A stretch of DNA of 64,000 bases from Phyllobates terribilis (GCF_046119375.1 NW_027362765.1:271064001-271128000); one strand, 5' to 3'. Counted from the stretch's first letter, positions 37,572 to 50,860 are shown. The notes: generated by a model from the letters alone, not told the origin. A program made the numbers and translations.

Positions 37572-38119
37572 AGGGGTTTTCCCACAAACAAAGTAGACTT
37601 TAATCAATAGATCTTGGAATAAAAAAGTTCCACAATTGGCTGTGTTAAAAAAATGTTTCTGTGCTGAGATAATCTTATAAATGTGTCCCTGCTGTGTGCT
37701 GTGTAATGGTTGTGTACTGACCATGCAGGAACATTGTCTGATCATACCACATCTCCATGGCAGGGAGGAAGCAAAAGAGTATACAGACATTACAGCATTG
37801 CAGATGATTCTTTTTGTGAGGTAAAACATTGCTTAAAAACAAGCAGTAAAATGTTTTGCCTCACAAAAAGAATCAGCTGTGATCCCATGCTGTTCTGTTT
37901 GTATACTCTCTTTTGTTTACTCTCCTGCCCAGGAGCTGTGGTATGATCAGACCATGTCCCTGCACGGTCAGACACAGCCATTACACAGCACACAGAAGGG
38001 GCACATTTATAAGATTATCTCAGCACAGGGACATTTTATTTAAACACATCCAAATGTGGAAATTATTATTATTCCAAGAGCTGTTGATTAAAGTGTACTT
38101 TGTTCGTGAGAAAACCCCT
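37572..38119. mobile_element. TTAA-flanked MITE (T2/Kolobok-like)
   Basis: TTAA|AGGGGTTTTCCCACAAACAAAGT ... ACTTTGTTCGTGAGAAAACCCCT|TTAA; the two halves are long inverted repeats. Confidence 0.8.
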
Positions 38120-38124
38120 TTAAC

Positions 38125-38543
38125 CACTTCCCGATATGGCCAAGTCTCCTCGAAGTCTTCTCTTTTGCAAGCTAAACATTCCCAAATCCTCTAATTATTC
38201 TTCATAGGACATTGTTTGCAGACTGGTCACCATTCTGGTCGCTCTTCTCTGAACTTGCTCCAGTTTTTCAATGTCTTTTTAAAATGTGGTGCCCAGAACT
38301 GGACACAGTATTCCAGATGAGGTCTGGCCAAAGAGGAGAAGAGGGGGATAATTACTTCACGTGATCTAGTCTGTATGCTTCTGTTAATGCAACTCAGAAT
38401 TGTGTTTGCCTTTTTTGCTGCTGCATCACACTGTTGACTCATGTTCAGCTGTGATTGATTAGTATACCCAAGTTTTTTTCACACGTGCTTTTGCTTAGCC
38501 CTATTCCCCCCATGCTGTATATGCTTTTTTCATTTTTCTTGCC
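38125..38543 (-). mobile_element. CR1 LINE 3' fragment
   Basis: ORF 38227-38442, MSQQCDAAAKKANTILSCI..RPHLEYCVQFWAPHFKK, is the CR1 RT C-terminus. Confidence 0.85.
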
Positions 38544-38544
38544 T

Positions 38545-41500
38545 TCACTTCCACCTGGGTCTCCAAGTCAGTCTGAGCCTGGGCTAACCTCTTTTGTCAA
38601 GGCATCCTTTCCAGGGCCCCTGACAAAGAACTGGCTGATCTTGCCGATCAAATTGCCCATGCGAGTAAATACATTCTCACAGCATCTTGACGCCGTGGGC
38701 TTGTTGGTGCTAGCTTCCAGCAACATCTTAGCCATTCCATTCACATCTTAGCCATTCCATTCAACATCTCAGCCATGAGTCCTATTGCTCAAGGTTTGGA
38801 ATGCAGATGCGGCCTCCAAAAAAATCCCTCACCAGTCTCCCCTTCCAGGATCTAAGGCTGTTCGGAACCAGACTGGACCAAATCAGCTCAGACACCACCG
38901 AAGGGAAGTGTACCTCCCTTCCTCAACACAGACCGAAATGTCTCCCTGCTTGAAAACGCACCATGCAGTTTCGTTTTCTTCCTCTGGGACCTCTAACCGC
39001 CGAGACAGCTTCCCGGAACAGTGGGATAAGAGGAGACCCTCCTTTAAGCCAGCCCATTCCTGGCAGCCATTAAATCAAGCCCTCCCGATCCAGGTCCTTC
39101 AGATTTTCCTCCGCATGACTGGTTGTCCCCACCAGGGGACTCTCCCAGGGTGGGCGGCCGTCTTCTCCTATTCAGGGACTCGTGGCTTTTGGTAGTTGAC
39201 AAAGCCTGGGTCAGAGAGGTCGTCTCCACCGGTTACAAAATGGAGTTCTCATCTATCCCCCATTATCGCTTGTTTGAATCCCAGCCCCCAAGGGATCCCT
39301 CGCTGGTGTCCGTTTCTTCTAGGCAATTTCCTCCCTTCTCCTGTCAGGCGTCATTGTTCTCCTTCCCTCCGTGGAACGCTTCTCGGGTTTCTACTAAAAC
39401 CTTTTTGTGGTCCCAAAAAAGGATGGTTCTGTCCTTCCTATACTAGACCTCAAACTCCTAAACAAGCGAGTGTGGCTCTGCTGCTTCAAGATGAAATCGC
39501 TCAGTGATTGCCTCCATGGAGCCTGCAGAATTCCTCTGTTCAGTGGACATCAAAGACATCTACCTTCACATCCCAATCTGTGCATCTCACCAAAGGTTCC
39601 TCCACTTCGCAGTTCAGGAACTCATTTTCAATTTACAGCTCTCCCCTTCAGCCTAGCGTCTGCTCCCAGAGTCTTCACGAAAGTCATGGCCACTGTCATG
39701 GCTCTTCTTCGCCCCAAAGAAATTCTAGTCATCCCCTACTAGGACGGGGCCTCGATCAGCAGATCGTCCAATCAGGACTGCTGCGAGAGTCTTCATCTGA
39801 CTCTCTACATGTACTCTTGCCTGGGCTGGCTCATCAACACAACAAAGTTGTCTCTGATCCCAGCCCAGCACCTAGTATACCTAGACATGCTCTTCGATAC
39901 TGCACGCGCCAGAGTTCTTCCCGAAGAAAAAGTCTCCTCTCTTCTTCACTTGATTCGTTCTTTTAGATGCCCATCACCATGTCCGCTTCGGACCTGCATG
40001 AGTTTTCTGGACAGGATGGTAGCCGCAATGGAATCGGTTCCCTTAGCACAGTTTCACACTGGCCCCCTTCAACTGGCACTTTTTGTCGAGTTGGGACAAA
40101 AAAGATTTCATTACTGGACTGTCCCCTTCTCCTTCACCTGCAAGAGGGGACCCTGGGAAAGGAGGTCTGGATGATCCGGATATTTTCATGGGACCTCTGC
40201 GATGAGATTGACCACTTCTGTGTACCACGCTCTCCTGGGCCAGTCGGGAGCCACAAAGATGATTGGCACTCCTTCCTACTTGATGTTCTTGATAAGCTTA
40301 GGGATCAGCGGCAGAGGTGGAGCGCGGAATCATTGGCACTTTCCTGCATCCACAACTTATGTCACCTGCAAGTAAGACAGTCATTGACTTGGTGGCTTTT
40401 CTCTCCCTTCATTCGCCATGTGAGATTCTTCCTCTCGCTACACTGGCAGATTGTGACTGGACGCTAGCCTGCTCGGTTGGGGAGCAGTCTTACAACACTT
40501 CACGGTCTAAGGCTGTTGGAAACCTCGGGAGTCCTTATTCCCCATTAACATTTTGGAGCTCCGATTCATCTATCTCTCGCTCAGGCACTGGCAGGACCTT
40601 CTAGCGGGCCACACTATGCGCATCCAGTCCGACAATGCCATGGTTGTGGCATACATCAATTACCCGGGCGGAACGCAAAGCAGATTCGAAGTCTCTCGAA
40701 TTCTGGCCTGGGCCAAACAGAAGGTGCCTGCAATCTTAATAAGTTGTATGGGCCTCTCCTCAGGCAAGTGAACCCTGAAGCCATCGATGTTCAGGCAGAT
40801 ATGTTAACGGTGGGGCACGCCCGACGTCGACCTAGTGGCATCCTGGGTGAACAACAAGGTTCCGCGGTTCGTGTACAGGTCTCTCAACCCCCTCGTGATT
40901 GGCTCTGATGCCCTAGTTCTTCCGTGGTCGCAGTTCCACCTTCCTTACCTTTTTCCACCTCTGCCGCTGATCCCTAAGCTTATCAAGAAGATCAAGTAGG
41001 AAGGAGTGCCAATCATCCTTGTGGCTCCCGACTGGCCCAGGAGAGCGTGGTACGTTGAAGTGGTCAATCTCATCGCAGAGGTCCCATGAAAACATCCGGA
41101 TCATCCAGACCTCCTTTCCCAGGGTCCCCTCTTCCACCAGAATTCAGTCTCTCAATTTTAACAGCATGGCTGTTGAAGCTGCAGTCCTGAAAGATGTAGG
41201 CTTCTCTGTCCAGGTTATTCAAACCATGATTAAAGCAAGAAAGCCCGCATCTACCATCGCACCTGGAAAGCCTTTTTTCGCTGGTGCAAGGCCAGCCAGA
41301 TGTCCTTCCCCATCCCTTCCTGTCTGGGCTATCACTCAGCTCTCTTAAGGGCTAAATCTCTGCCTTTTCAGTCCTATTTCAGAAGAATCTAGCTTCCCAC
41401 TCCCAGGTCAGGACTTTCTTACAGGGAGTTGCTCATTCTGTTTGTCCCTATCCTCTCTTGGACCCCTGGGATCTTAACGTGGTTCTGAAGGCTCTTCAGG

Positions 41501-42570
41501 GTTCCCCTTTGAACCTCTTTGAGATGTATTTGTCCTGGCTGTCCTGGAAAGTTGCCTTTCTACCGTAGTGGCGATCACCTCTATCAGGCGCGTCTCGGAG
41601 CTGGCGGCCCTTTCCTGCCATTCGCCCTTCTTTGTTCTTCACCAAGACAAGGTGGTGCTCCGCCCTGTTCCTTCTTTTCTTCCGAACGTGGTATCTCCCT
41701 TCTACCTTAACGAGGACATTGTTCTTCCATCTTTCTGTCCCTCTCCAACTCGCCCTCAGTAGCAGTCTCTCCACAAGTTGGATCTCGTCAGAGCTCTATG
41801 TCTATATCTTTCCAGGACGACACCTTCCAGACTCAGACTCTTTGCGGTGACCCTCGGGAATCACAAACAGAGATCTCCCAGCCTCCAAGACCACAATCTC
41901 CCACTGGATTCGTTCTGCTATCCTGGAAACGTATCGGGCACAGGATAGGCTGCCCCCACCCTGGGTCAAGGCTCACTCCACACATGCAGTGGGGGCTTCA
42001 TGGTCCAGTCATCATCAGGCCTCTGTTCGCAGCTCTGCAAGGCTGCTACATGGTCCTCTGTGCACACCTTCTCAAAATTCTACAGAGTTCATACCTATGT
42101 CATGGCCTGATGCAAGCCTAGGCAGGAAGGTTCTGCTAGCGGCAGTCGCCTCGGACCTAGACCTGTTATGGGCATTCTTCAGTTCTCCTTTTCCACTCTG
42201 GTGACTGCTTTAGGACGTCTCATGGTCTCCTGTGTCCCCCAAATAAGTGTTAGAGAAAAGAGGATTTTGGTTACTTACCGTAAAATCACTTTCTTGGAGC
42301 CTTCATTGGGGGACACCGTTCCCACCCCTGTTTACCTATATTGGGATTTGTTTAAGGTTCTTGTTTCTTGCTGCCTCTCCTCTTGCTTTCTCACTAACTG
42401 ATTCGCTTTGTGCCAGTTAGTGGTTGTACCCTGTTGAGGAGGATCTGTTTTTTTTTTTTTGCTTAATGTCAGCATCCTAGTGGCAGCAGCATACACCCAT
42501 GGGCTCCTGCGTGCCCGATGAAGGCTCAGGGAAAGGTATTTTACAGTAAGCAATCAAAATCATCTTATTT
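38545..42570 (+). mobile_element. Decayed, 5'-truncated DIRS1-like tyrosine-recombinase retroelement
   Basis: RT start VGGRL..W..GYKMEF, VPKKDG..ILDL, FQFTALPF..APRVFTK, mutated YLDD; RNase H and methylase remnants; YR pieces (AITSIRRVSELAAL, HSTR-like region); inverted terminal/ICR pair 42265-42305 vs 42519-42561. Confidence 0.85.
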
Positions 42571-42789
42571 TTACTAGCACTTTGCTGTTATAACCATTTA
42601 GGAAATTGCAACAACCTATTTAAGCTGTCCTCTATGTGTAACTTGCAGGGATTCTATTGATACGATCATTACCTCTAACCATCATGTTCCTCTAGTCACA
42701 AAGACAGGTAAACCAGCTCTACACTCCAATGAATCCTGTATCCCAACATCATACACCCCTATTTGTGTGATATGGAGGTAGTACATACA

Positions 42790-43215
42790 TGTCAAACTCT
42801 GGCCCGCAGGGTGATTTATATTTTGCCCTTGACACCAGACCCACCACCCCTATGTGGGGCCCATTATACTGTATGGAGCACTATGTGGAGCCCATTATAC
42901 TGTATGGAGGACTATGTGGGGCTCATTATACTGTATGAAGAACTATGTGGGGCCCATTATACTGTATGGAGCACTATGTGGAGCCCATTATACTGTATGG
43001 AGGACTATGTGGGGCCCATTATACTGTATGGAGGACTATGTGGGGCCATTATTCTGTATGGAGGACTATGTGGGGCCCATTATACTGTATGGAGCACTAT
43101 GTGGGGCCATTATAGTGTATGGAGGACTATGTGAGGCCCATTATACTGTATATTGATTGGCCGACGACCTTATCCAAGTTTTTCATGTTGGCCCTTTGTG
43201 TGTTTGACATCCCTG
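42790..43215. mobile_element. hAT-like MITE relic carrying a 31-bp minisatellite (42851-43150)
   Basis: Ends TGTCAAACTCTGGCCC / GGCCC..TTTGACATCCCTG; unit TATGTGGGGCCCATTATACTGTATGGAGGAC, ~9 copies. Confidence 0.65.
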
Positions 43216-43577
43216 AGGTAGTAGGATGTTTTGGTTATCTACGACAAGGTTTGGACAGCTGCTTCTGTACCTCCCATAGAATTCAGTGTAGAGTGACTTC
43301 ACTATGCCTGCTGTTATTAGGGGAACACGCACCCTTGTACTTAGGATGGGATGCTTGTATTGCATTTGTGGAAAACCCCTTAAATATGTTATGGGATTGC
43401 ATATTTTGTCTGTTTTTGGATATATATTACATGTACTCCTTCCTTGTATATTATTTGGAGTACCTGTAATTTGCAGCTCTTTAGATTTGGCTGGAAACCC
43501 TCTACTATTAGTCTAAAATCGCCCCAGGTCAGCTGCTCATCACTTTCATTAATGATGTTATTGATCTTTCTCCTCAG

Positions 43578-43670
43578 GAGCTGAGCAGGATAAAGTTAAC
43601 ATTAGCCAATGAACGTGCCCAAGCAGAAGAGGAGATTCAGAAAGCAAGGAGCACAGCCCAGCAGGAAGAG
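43578..43670 (+). CDS. LRRC45: LRRC45 coding exon 14
   Basis: ELSRIKLTLANERAQAEEEIQKARSTAQQEE, 93 nt. Confidence 0.95.
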
Positions 43671-45259
43671 GTGAGGATTAGCTCTATCTCTACCTTCCAG
43701 GCAATCTTAACCACAGGATCAGCATTATCTTTGCTTTCAACAGCAGTCTGCAGGAAAAAAAGCTTGTTATGGAATCAAAGGACAGATAACAGTCCTGGCC
43801 AGAACTGAGAATAATGTATCAGTCATATCAGTGCATAATCACGATACATCTCAGCAAGCAATATTAGAAGGTTTATCTATGAAATATCAGAAGAGGTTCT
43901 TGACATAGGCTACCAGCAACAAGCATGGTCGGGGCTCTGTTCTCGTGAATCCTCAGACCTCTGTACAAGATCATCTTCTAGGAGCCTATTCGTATTCCCA
44001 AAGGACTAAGCTAATGGCAAATTATTGGATTTGTTAGACAATTAGAAGTCTGTATTGACACCATACTTTATTTCTTTACGGAAATGACTTTATAAAAAAG
44101 GTAGGTTCCTTATATAGCTAGTCATTGTGCCCCCATATACAACTATGCACACTGCCCTCATACAAAGTATTCCAGAAATGGACTAAATGATATGTACAAT
44201 AATTGAGTAGGTAATAATCAAAATAAATGATTTTCTTAGTTGTCTCTTAGGAGAAACAGTCTGCTTATTTTCCAGAAACGCCAACCCTCTTGGGCCGAGT
44301 CTGTAATTGAACTTTGTGTTTCTCAAAGGAATGAGCTGCAGTACTAGACGGAGATACTGTTTCTAGTAAAAATAAAGACCTCTTGTTCTGAATCTCTTAA
44401 AGGGGTTGTCCAAAATTTAGAAATATAAAATATTTCTTTCAGGCATGCACTTAAAATATTAAACCGTGGCATACTCACCTTCTAGGGCATCTGCAGATCT
44501 AGTGCAAGCCTGCACCAACTACGGAAGCCATGCTTGCTCCGTGAGGAAGTCAGCGGACCAGTTCAGTCTGTGATGGGGTACAGTGGTCCTCTGACTTCCA
44601 AACAGTGCAGTCATCGCTTCCGGAGCCAGAACAGATCTCTGGATCCTTGGGGGCACTGCTGGATCTGTGGGGGCACTGAAAGATAAGAATACCACCATTT
44701 TTATTTCAAGCATATACATGCCTTTAAAAATAATAATTTCTAGATTTTTAACCCTTACGTACATGTGGACCTGGACAATTTTATCTGTTGCAGTAGGAAC
44801 AAAACTATATTTCTAACTCCACTTATAGGTCGCTACCCTGTAAGTTAATGTCTGACCCACCTGCACACAGTTCTTGCACCTCATCAGCACAGAACAAGGT
44901 TTTGTTTGGATGGGTGAGATGCGTCTCTGGGAGCAATGGGAAATGCAGATTGAGAACATTCTGGTGTTGAGATTTCTGTACTGATAGGAAGCAAGAACAA
45001 GAAGCAGCTGTTTGCACACAACTGTGATTATAATGGCCTATAGAATAAAGTTAATGTTCTGACTCATGGCACACAACAGAAGTAAAAAAAAAAATCGCAA
45101 AAAAAAACTTAGGCATTGTTGCTTTTTTTTTTTTTTTTTACACTTTACTACTACAATGGACTCCATCCTCCAGTTATGTTTGATTTATATACTCGTCACT
45201 TATATCTGCTCATCAATGACTTAATGAAATGTTAATGTTATCTTCCTCTCTCTGAGCAG

Positions 45260-45433
45260 CAGCAACATGCCGCCATTCTGCAGGACAAGATACGAACTGT
45301 AACCCAGTCCCGGGATCAGGCTCAGAATCAGGTCTTGCAGCAGAAGCAACAAGTTGGGGAACTTCAAGCTCAAAGCAACCAACTGTGCCTGGAAATAGAG
45401 GGCCAAAAAAGGCGAATTGATGGCTTACAACAG
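45260..45433 (+). CDS. LRRC45: LRRC45 coding exon 15
   Basis: QQHAAILQDKIRTVTQSRDQAQ...RIDGLQQ, 174 nt; tandem acceptor GAG CAG CAG makes the start uncertain by 3 nt. Confidence 0.9.
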
Positions 45434-46563
45434 GTAGGCATGACTTAAAAACATATGTAGAATCACAGTCACCCATCAATGGGCAGAAGATCTTACAGTT
45501 CAGTATTGGCACATGGCAAAATCACAACCCCTCTGAGTTATAACGTTGAGTTATACTCATGCTAAATGGCCATATTGCTGCTGATCTAACAGTTCAACCA
45601 AAATGCCATTGTCCTAATTTATGCCAACAACACTTGGGTCTGCAGGGATGTGTCAGAATCTTATCAATGTTCACTGATTAAAAGGAAAGTCCAGAACTTG
45701 GGTCATCAGTATAAGATCAGTGGGATCCTGGCAAATATTCACCCCTACCAATCAACTCTTTGCAGCTCCCATGGCGGCTGGATGTATATACTGTACAGAG
45801 TCAGAACAATATCAGTTCTTTTATTATTTTATAACAATTGCTGCTGTTGAGCAACTTTTTGAAAATTCTGGATAATGCTGGAAAAAATTTCAAAAAATGT
45901 ATAAATTCCATTTTTATCCATTACTACACACTAAAAAATATAAACAAATTAAATGCTACCACAGATTTACCCAAAACTGATGCCTAAAAATATGACTTGT
46001 CCTGCAAATAACAAGGCCTCAAATAGCTACAAAGCTTTAAAAATAAAGTTATGGCTTACAGAATTCAGGAAGGCAAAAAATAAAAAAATATTACATGGGT
46101 TTCCCAGTGACAAGCATTAATCACATACCTAGTGGAAAAGTGATAAATGCTAGATGACCCCTGAGACCACCACTGATATCTGGACTGCTACTATGAGGAG
46201 ATTGGATGGAAAGGAGTTGATTATGCATTCTGCCGCTCTACTCCAAATCTATTGTACGGATAGCCAAGCACTCCATATTAAAGTGATAATCCAGCTAGGC
46301 TCACTTTTGCATCGGACTGTTGCGGAATAGGACAGTTGTGTGGTACTTGCCGCTCATGCCAGCAGATATCTGTGAACATGTGCCTTATATTCACTATAAA
46401 GTACAGGAGAGAACATGTTGCCATATATAATGGGCCTAGTTTTAGTTCAGAGTATTACTCGTGTATAATTAATTAGAAGCTTTGGCTACATGCGAAACTT
46501 GCTTTACCACATAGGATTGGAAATGTACACATAAATCTGCAGTGATGATCTCTATACCTGCAG

Positions 46564-46711
46564 GAGTTATCAAAGAAGGACCAAGAAAAAGTGTCGGAAG
46601 TAACAAAGGTGCGAGTCGAGCTGCAAGAGCAGATAGGACACCTTGAAGCTGAGTTGATTGCACAGGAAGGGCTGAAGGAGAAGATTTCCGCATTGGAAAG
46701 ACAGCAGAAAG
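46564..46711 (+). CDS. LRRC45: LRRC45 coding exon 16
   Basis: [23 protein letters not shown]...ALERQQK, 148 nt. Confidence 0.95.
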
Positions 46712-46909
46712 GTACTGCCTAGGAGAATGCCGGTCTATACAGGGTATATACAATCAATACAACACTGGCTCATTTATGCATCATTAAAAATTGACTATAA
46801 GGCCAGTTTTAGACAAGGGTCTTATGGTATCACATACTGGCCCAACCGCCAGGTCTGATGACCCAACTGACATAACCAAACACTTCATAGATGCCAAGAC
46901 TTGTCTTTG

Positions 46910-47488
46910 GAGAAGAGGGGCCAAGGCCAAAAGAAGATGAACCATGCACAATGTATAAATATAGAAGATACTTTATTATTAAACATACAGATGAGGTAGA
47001 TAGGTACACATAAAATGATACACTGGTGGAAAATACCGGAGCATATGGCGGAAATAGTCACTGAATGTCTATATAGAGACAGACCACAGTCACGATCGCT
47101 ATTCAATTAAACTATTTGCATAAAGCCACAATATCTACTAAAGTGTGAATGTGACAACCAGCGGTCAACCTGAACCCGTATCACATATAATAATAATAAT
47201 GGTGCCTAATAGCATGAAAAGATTACCTAAAGAGATCAGGGGACCGTGGTGCAACAAAAGCCGGCGGAGCTCCAACCTCTCCAACTTTAATAATAAAGTA
47301 TCTTCTATATTTATACATTGTGCATGGTTCCTCTTCTTTTGGCCGTTGGTCCCTCTTCTCCTGTTACACAATATGATGAACCTATCATATATTGAGTCCC
47401 AGTAGGGCAGTACCAAATATGAATGATAAGATCTTTATTTTTATTATTACATGGAGTGTACTGCTTTTCTCTGCAAGTTCCCCTTATT
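46910..47488. mobile_element. Non-coding Penelope-like insertion with 75-bp inverted arms
   Basis: 15-bp duplication CAAGACTTGTCTTTG (46895-46909, 47489-47503); arms 46909-46983 / 47286-47361. Confidence 0.6.
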
Positions 47489-48835
47489 CAAGACTTGTCT
47501 TTGTAACACAGGTGTGCAAATATGCCAGAAACTTGCTTGTGTAAACCAGGCCTAGATATGTCATGTGGAGAAGACATAGCAGCACTCAGTGAGCTCTATG
47601 AAATCTGCAGATGTTCAATATACAAATTGTTAAATTGCATTACTGCTACTGTACTAAGAAATATGCGTGTCTGTTTTGATCAAATTGTTTGAGCCCACAT
47701 GCCTTGACAAAGTGAATCATACCGACTGATTGCTGCAATGAGCAGGCTCACCCCTCTTGTGGTTGTAGGCCTATAGAGTGAACTTGTGGTTAATTCATGA
47801 GCCAGCTCGATTCTGCTTGATTTACAATTATGGACAGACAGGAAGAGTGCCCCACTAAGATGGAGCCGTCACCCCCAGTACCTACCACATGGTCATTAAT
47901 GCGGATGTCCAGTTAAAGCTCCACTCCAGCAGGGTTTTTTATTGCAGCGCTGGAGTGGTGCTACTAATCTAAGTTCCCAGCTCTAGTTTAATACTTACCA
48001 GCTGCCATCTTCATCTTTTATCGTCATTGCCCCGGTCTGTTTCCAGCAGTTTGTGACCTGTGTTTCCTGGGCGAGCCAGAAGATATAGCTCAATGCAAGT
48101 CTGAGAGCAAGTGTCTCATAGACCTACATTGAGATCTTATGACCATGACCTCTGACTTGTGGTCAGTCAGAAGATGGTGGAGCGCAACCGGAGCGGCACC
48201 GAGAAGAGCTGAAGACAGCGGCTGGTAAATATGATCCTAGGGTCAGGGAACCTAGATTAGTAGCACCACTCCGGCACTGAAATAAAAAATTGCTGGAGTC
48301 GTTCTTTACAACAAGTTATCTCCTATCCATAGCTGATATGTTGATCAGTGGGGGTCCTGCACCGATCGGCAGAACAGAGAACTTTATCCCTTTTAGAATA
48401 GAATAGCAATCCGCATGCTGGACCCCCTGCTCTGTGCTGCGATCATCTGTTTCCAGCAGCCCCATAATGAATGGAGTAACTGCGGCTCCATTTTGTAACC
48501 GGTATATAGGTTCCTTGTCTAAAATAACAATTTTCTGATCCGTTGATCAGTGCAGGTATTAGCAGTGGAACAACCACTGATCATGAAGTCATTACCTATA
48601 CTGCGGATGGGTGATAACTAGTTTTAATCTCATGTAATACTATTGTAGAAAAAACGACTTAACTCTTTCCACTCTGATATTTGTTAAAATGACATAATAA
48701 AAAAATTCAAGGGAGTTTCTGTAATTTAATAAACCTACTATCATGCTGCAATAATTAGTAGAAGAGATTGCCCTAATTCCATCATGGTAGATTGTATTGT
48801 GTGATACCTCTGTGTTCTTCCCCCTCTCACTATAG

Positions 48836-49029
48836 TACAGGCCAATACCCACCGTGAGATGCTGCTGGATAAAGAAGGGGAGATCTCTTCCCTATTGGAG
48901 AAGCTAAGAATGAAGGACGCTGAGATTCTAAGGATGCGAGAGGAGGAAGCACAGAGAGCCAGCTTGCTACAGAGTGCCATCCTAAACTATATTAGTAGCC
49001 CACTTGGCTCCACCAGTGGGAGGAAATAA
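48836..49029 (+). CDS. LRRC45: LRRC45 coding exon 17 (last)
   Basis: VQANTHREMLLDKEGE...EEAQRASLLQSAILNYISSPLGSTSGRK*; the 17 exons sum to 2022 nt with consistent phases. Confidence 0.95.
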
Positions 49030-49201
49030 ACCAAGCTCTCCTAGCTCTGTACATGCAATAAGCCACAAGTGCCTTCCACAAGCCTATGAAGTGCTGAGAC
49101 CAGAGCACTCTTCTGAATACCGTGTGCACATTCACTGATCATCATTGGATAGTAATTTATTTTGTACGTAATGCATTTTATATGTTTTGTAATTACTTTT
49201 T

Positions 49202-49207
49202 AATAAA
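49202..49207 (+). terminator. Probable LRRC45 polyadenylation signal
   Basis: AATAAA 173 nt after the stop codon, followed by a T/GT-rich tract. Confidence 0.65.
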
Positions 49208-49439
49208 ACATTTTTTTCTGTATTTTATACTTGTGTACATTATTTATTTTTTATTTGTATTAAGCCTCAACGATGGCTAAGCACCGCGCTAAAATTATAT
49301 ATATTTAATTATCCTCCTGAACCCAGTTTAATTTTACAGCAAGCACAACATGAGTCCATTGTTTTCTTAAACATATATTTAAAAGAATCTTATTGATATG
49401 TAGTCATTCAGTAATCGGTAACAGATGAGAATTTGTAGT

Positions 49440-50860
49440 TTCTATAGGGGTATTCCAATGTTCCCATGAATACTTATACTATATAAGGGGTATTCCTCTC
49501 TTCCCATGTTTTTATAAGACATATGGGGATTCCCATCTTCCCATGATTTCTTCTAGTAGATAAGGAGTATTCCCGTCTTCCCATGGTTTCTTATACGGTT
49601 CTCCTCTTCCCATGGTTTCTTATAGTATCCGCATCTTTTCATGATTTTTTATATAAGGGGTAATCCCTTTTTCCCATGATTTCTTATTATATATAAGGGG
49701 TTTTCTCATCTTCCATTGTATTCTTATAACATATAAAGGGTGCTATTTTTCTCCCATGTTCTCATAAAACGTAAAAGAGTTAGTCCCCTTTTCACATGTT
49801 TTCCTATAATATATAAATAGTATTTGCATTTTCCCATGGTTTCTTATATACAATTAGTATCCCCATCTTCCCATGATTTCTTATAACAACATATTTATTT
49901 ATTTATTTTATTCACTTATATAGTGCCATTCATTCCACAGCGCTTTACAGACATTATGGGCACTCTCCCCATTGGGGCGCACAATTTAAATTCCCTATCA
50001 CTATGTCTTTGGAGTATGGGAGGAAACCCATGCAAACATGGGGAGAACATACAAACTCTTGATGGGATTTTTACCCACGACCCCAGTGCAGCAAAGCAAC
50101 AGTGCTAACCTCTGAACCACCGTGCCCAACATATAAGGGGTATTCCTCTCTTCCCATGATTTCTTCTGGTATATAAGGGGTATTCCTCTCTTCCCATGAT
50201 TTCTTCTGGTATATAAGGGGTATTCCCCTCTTCCCAGGATTTCTTCTGGTATATAAGGGGTATTCCCCTCTTCCCAGGATTTCTTCTGGTATATAAGGGG
50301 TATTCCCCTCTTCCCAGGATTTCTTCTGGTATATAAGGGGTATTCCCCTCTTCCCAGGATTTCTTCTGGTATATAAGGGGTATTCCCCTCTTCCCAGGAT
50401 TTCTTCTGGTATATAAGGGGTATTCCCCTCTTCCCAGGATTTCTTCTGGTATATAAGGGGTATTCCCCTCTTCCCAGGATTTCTTCTGGTATATAAGGGG
50501 TATTCCCCTCTTCCCAGGATTTCTTCTGGTATATAAGGGGTATTCCCCTCTTCCCAGGATTTCTTCTGGTATATAAGGGGTATTCCCCTCTTCCCAGGAT
50601 TTCTTCTGGTATATAAGGGGTATTCCCCTCTTCCCAGGATTTCTTCTGGTATATAAGGGGTATTCCCCTCTTCCCAGGATTTCTTCTGGTATATAAGGGG
50701 TATTCCCCTCTTCCCAGGATTTCTTCTGGTATATAAGGGGTATTCCCCTCTTCCCAGGATTTCTTATAATGTATAAGTAGTATCTGCATTTTCCATGGTT
50801 TGTTATAACATATAAGGGGTCTTCCCATGTTTCCTTATAACATATGAGGGGTATTCCCAT
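49440..50860. repeat. 40-bp minisatellite between LRRC45 and RAC3
   Basis: Unit ATATAAGGGGTATTCCCCTCTTCCCAGGATTTCTTCTGGT; ~16 near-perfect copies at 50131-50770, degenerate copies at 49440-49890 and 50770-50860. Confidence 0.95.
49895..50126 (-). mobile_element. tRNA-derived SINE (232 bp)
   Basis: The - strand starts GGCACGGTGGTTCAGAGGTTAGCACTG (A-box-like) with a decayed B box and ends in an (AAAT)n tail; 8-bp duplication CAACATAT at 49887-49894 and 50127-50134. Confidence 0.75.

Noticed and set aside
50001-50860. 251- and 275-aa - strand ORFs
   Set aside because: Translations of the 40-bp array and SINE
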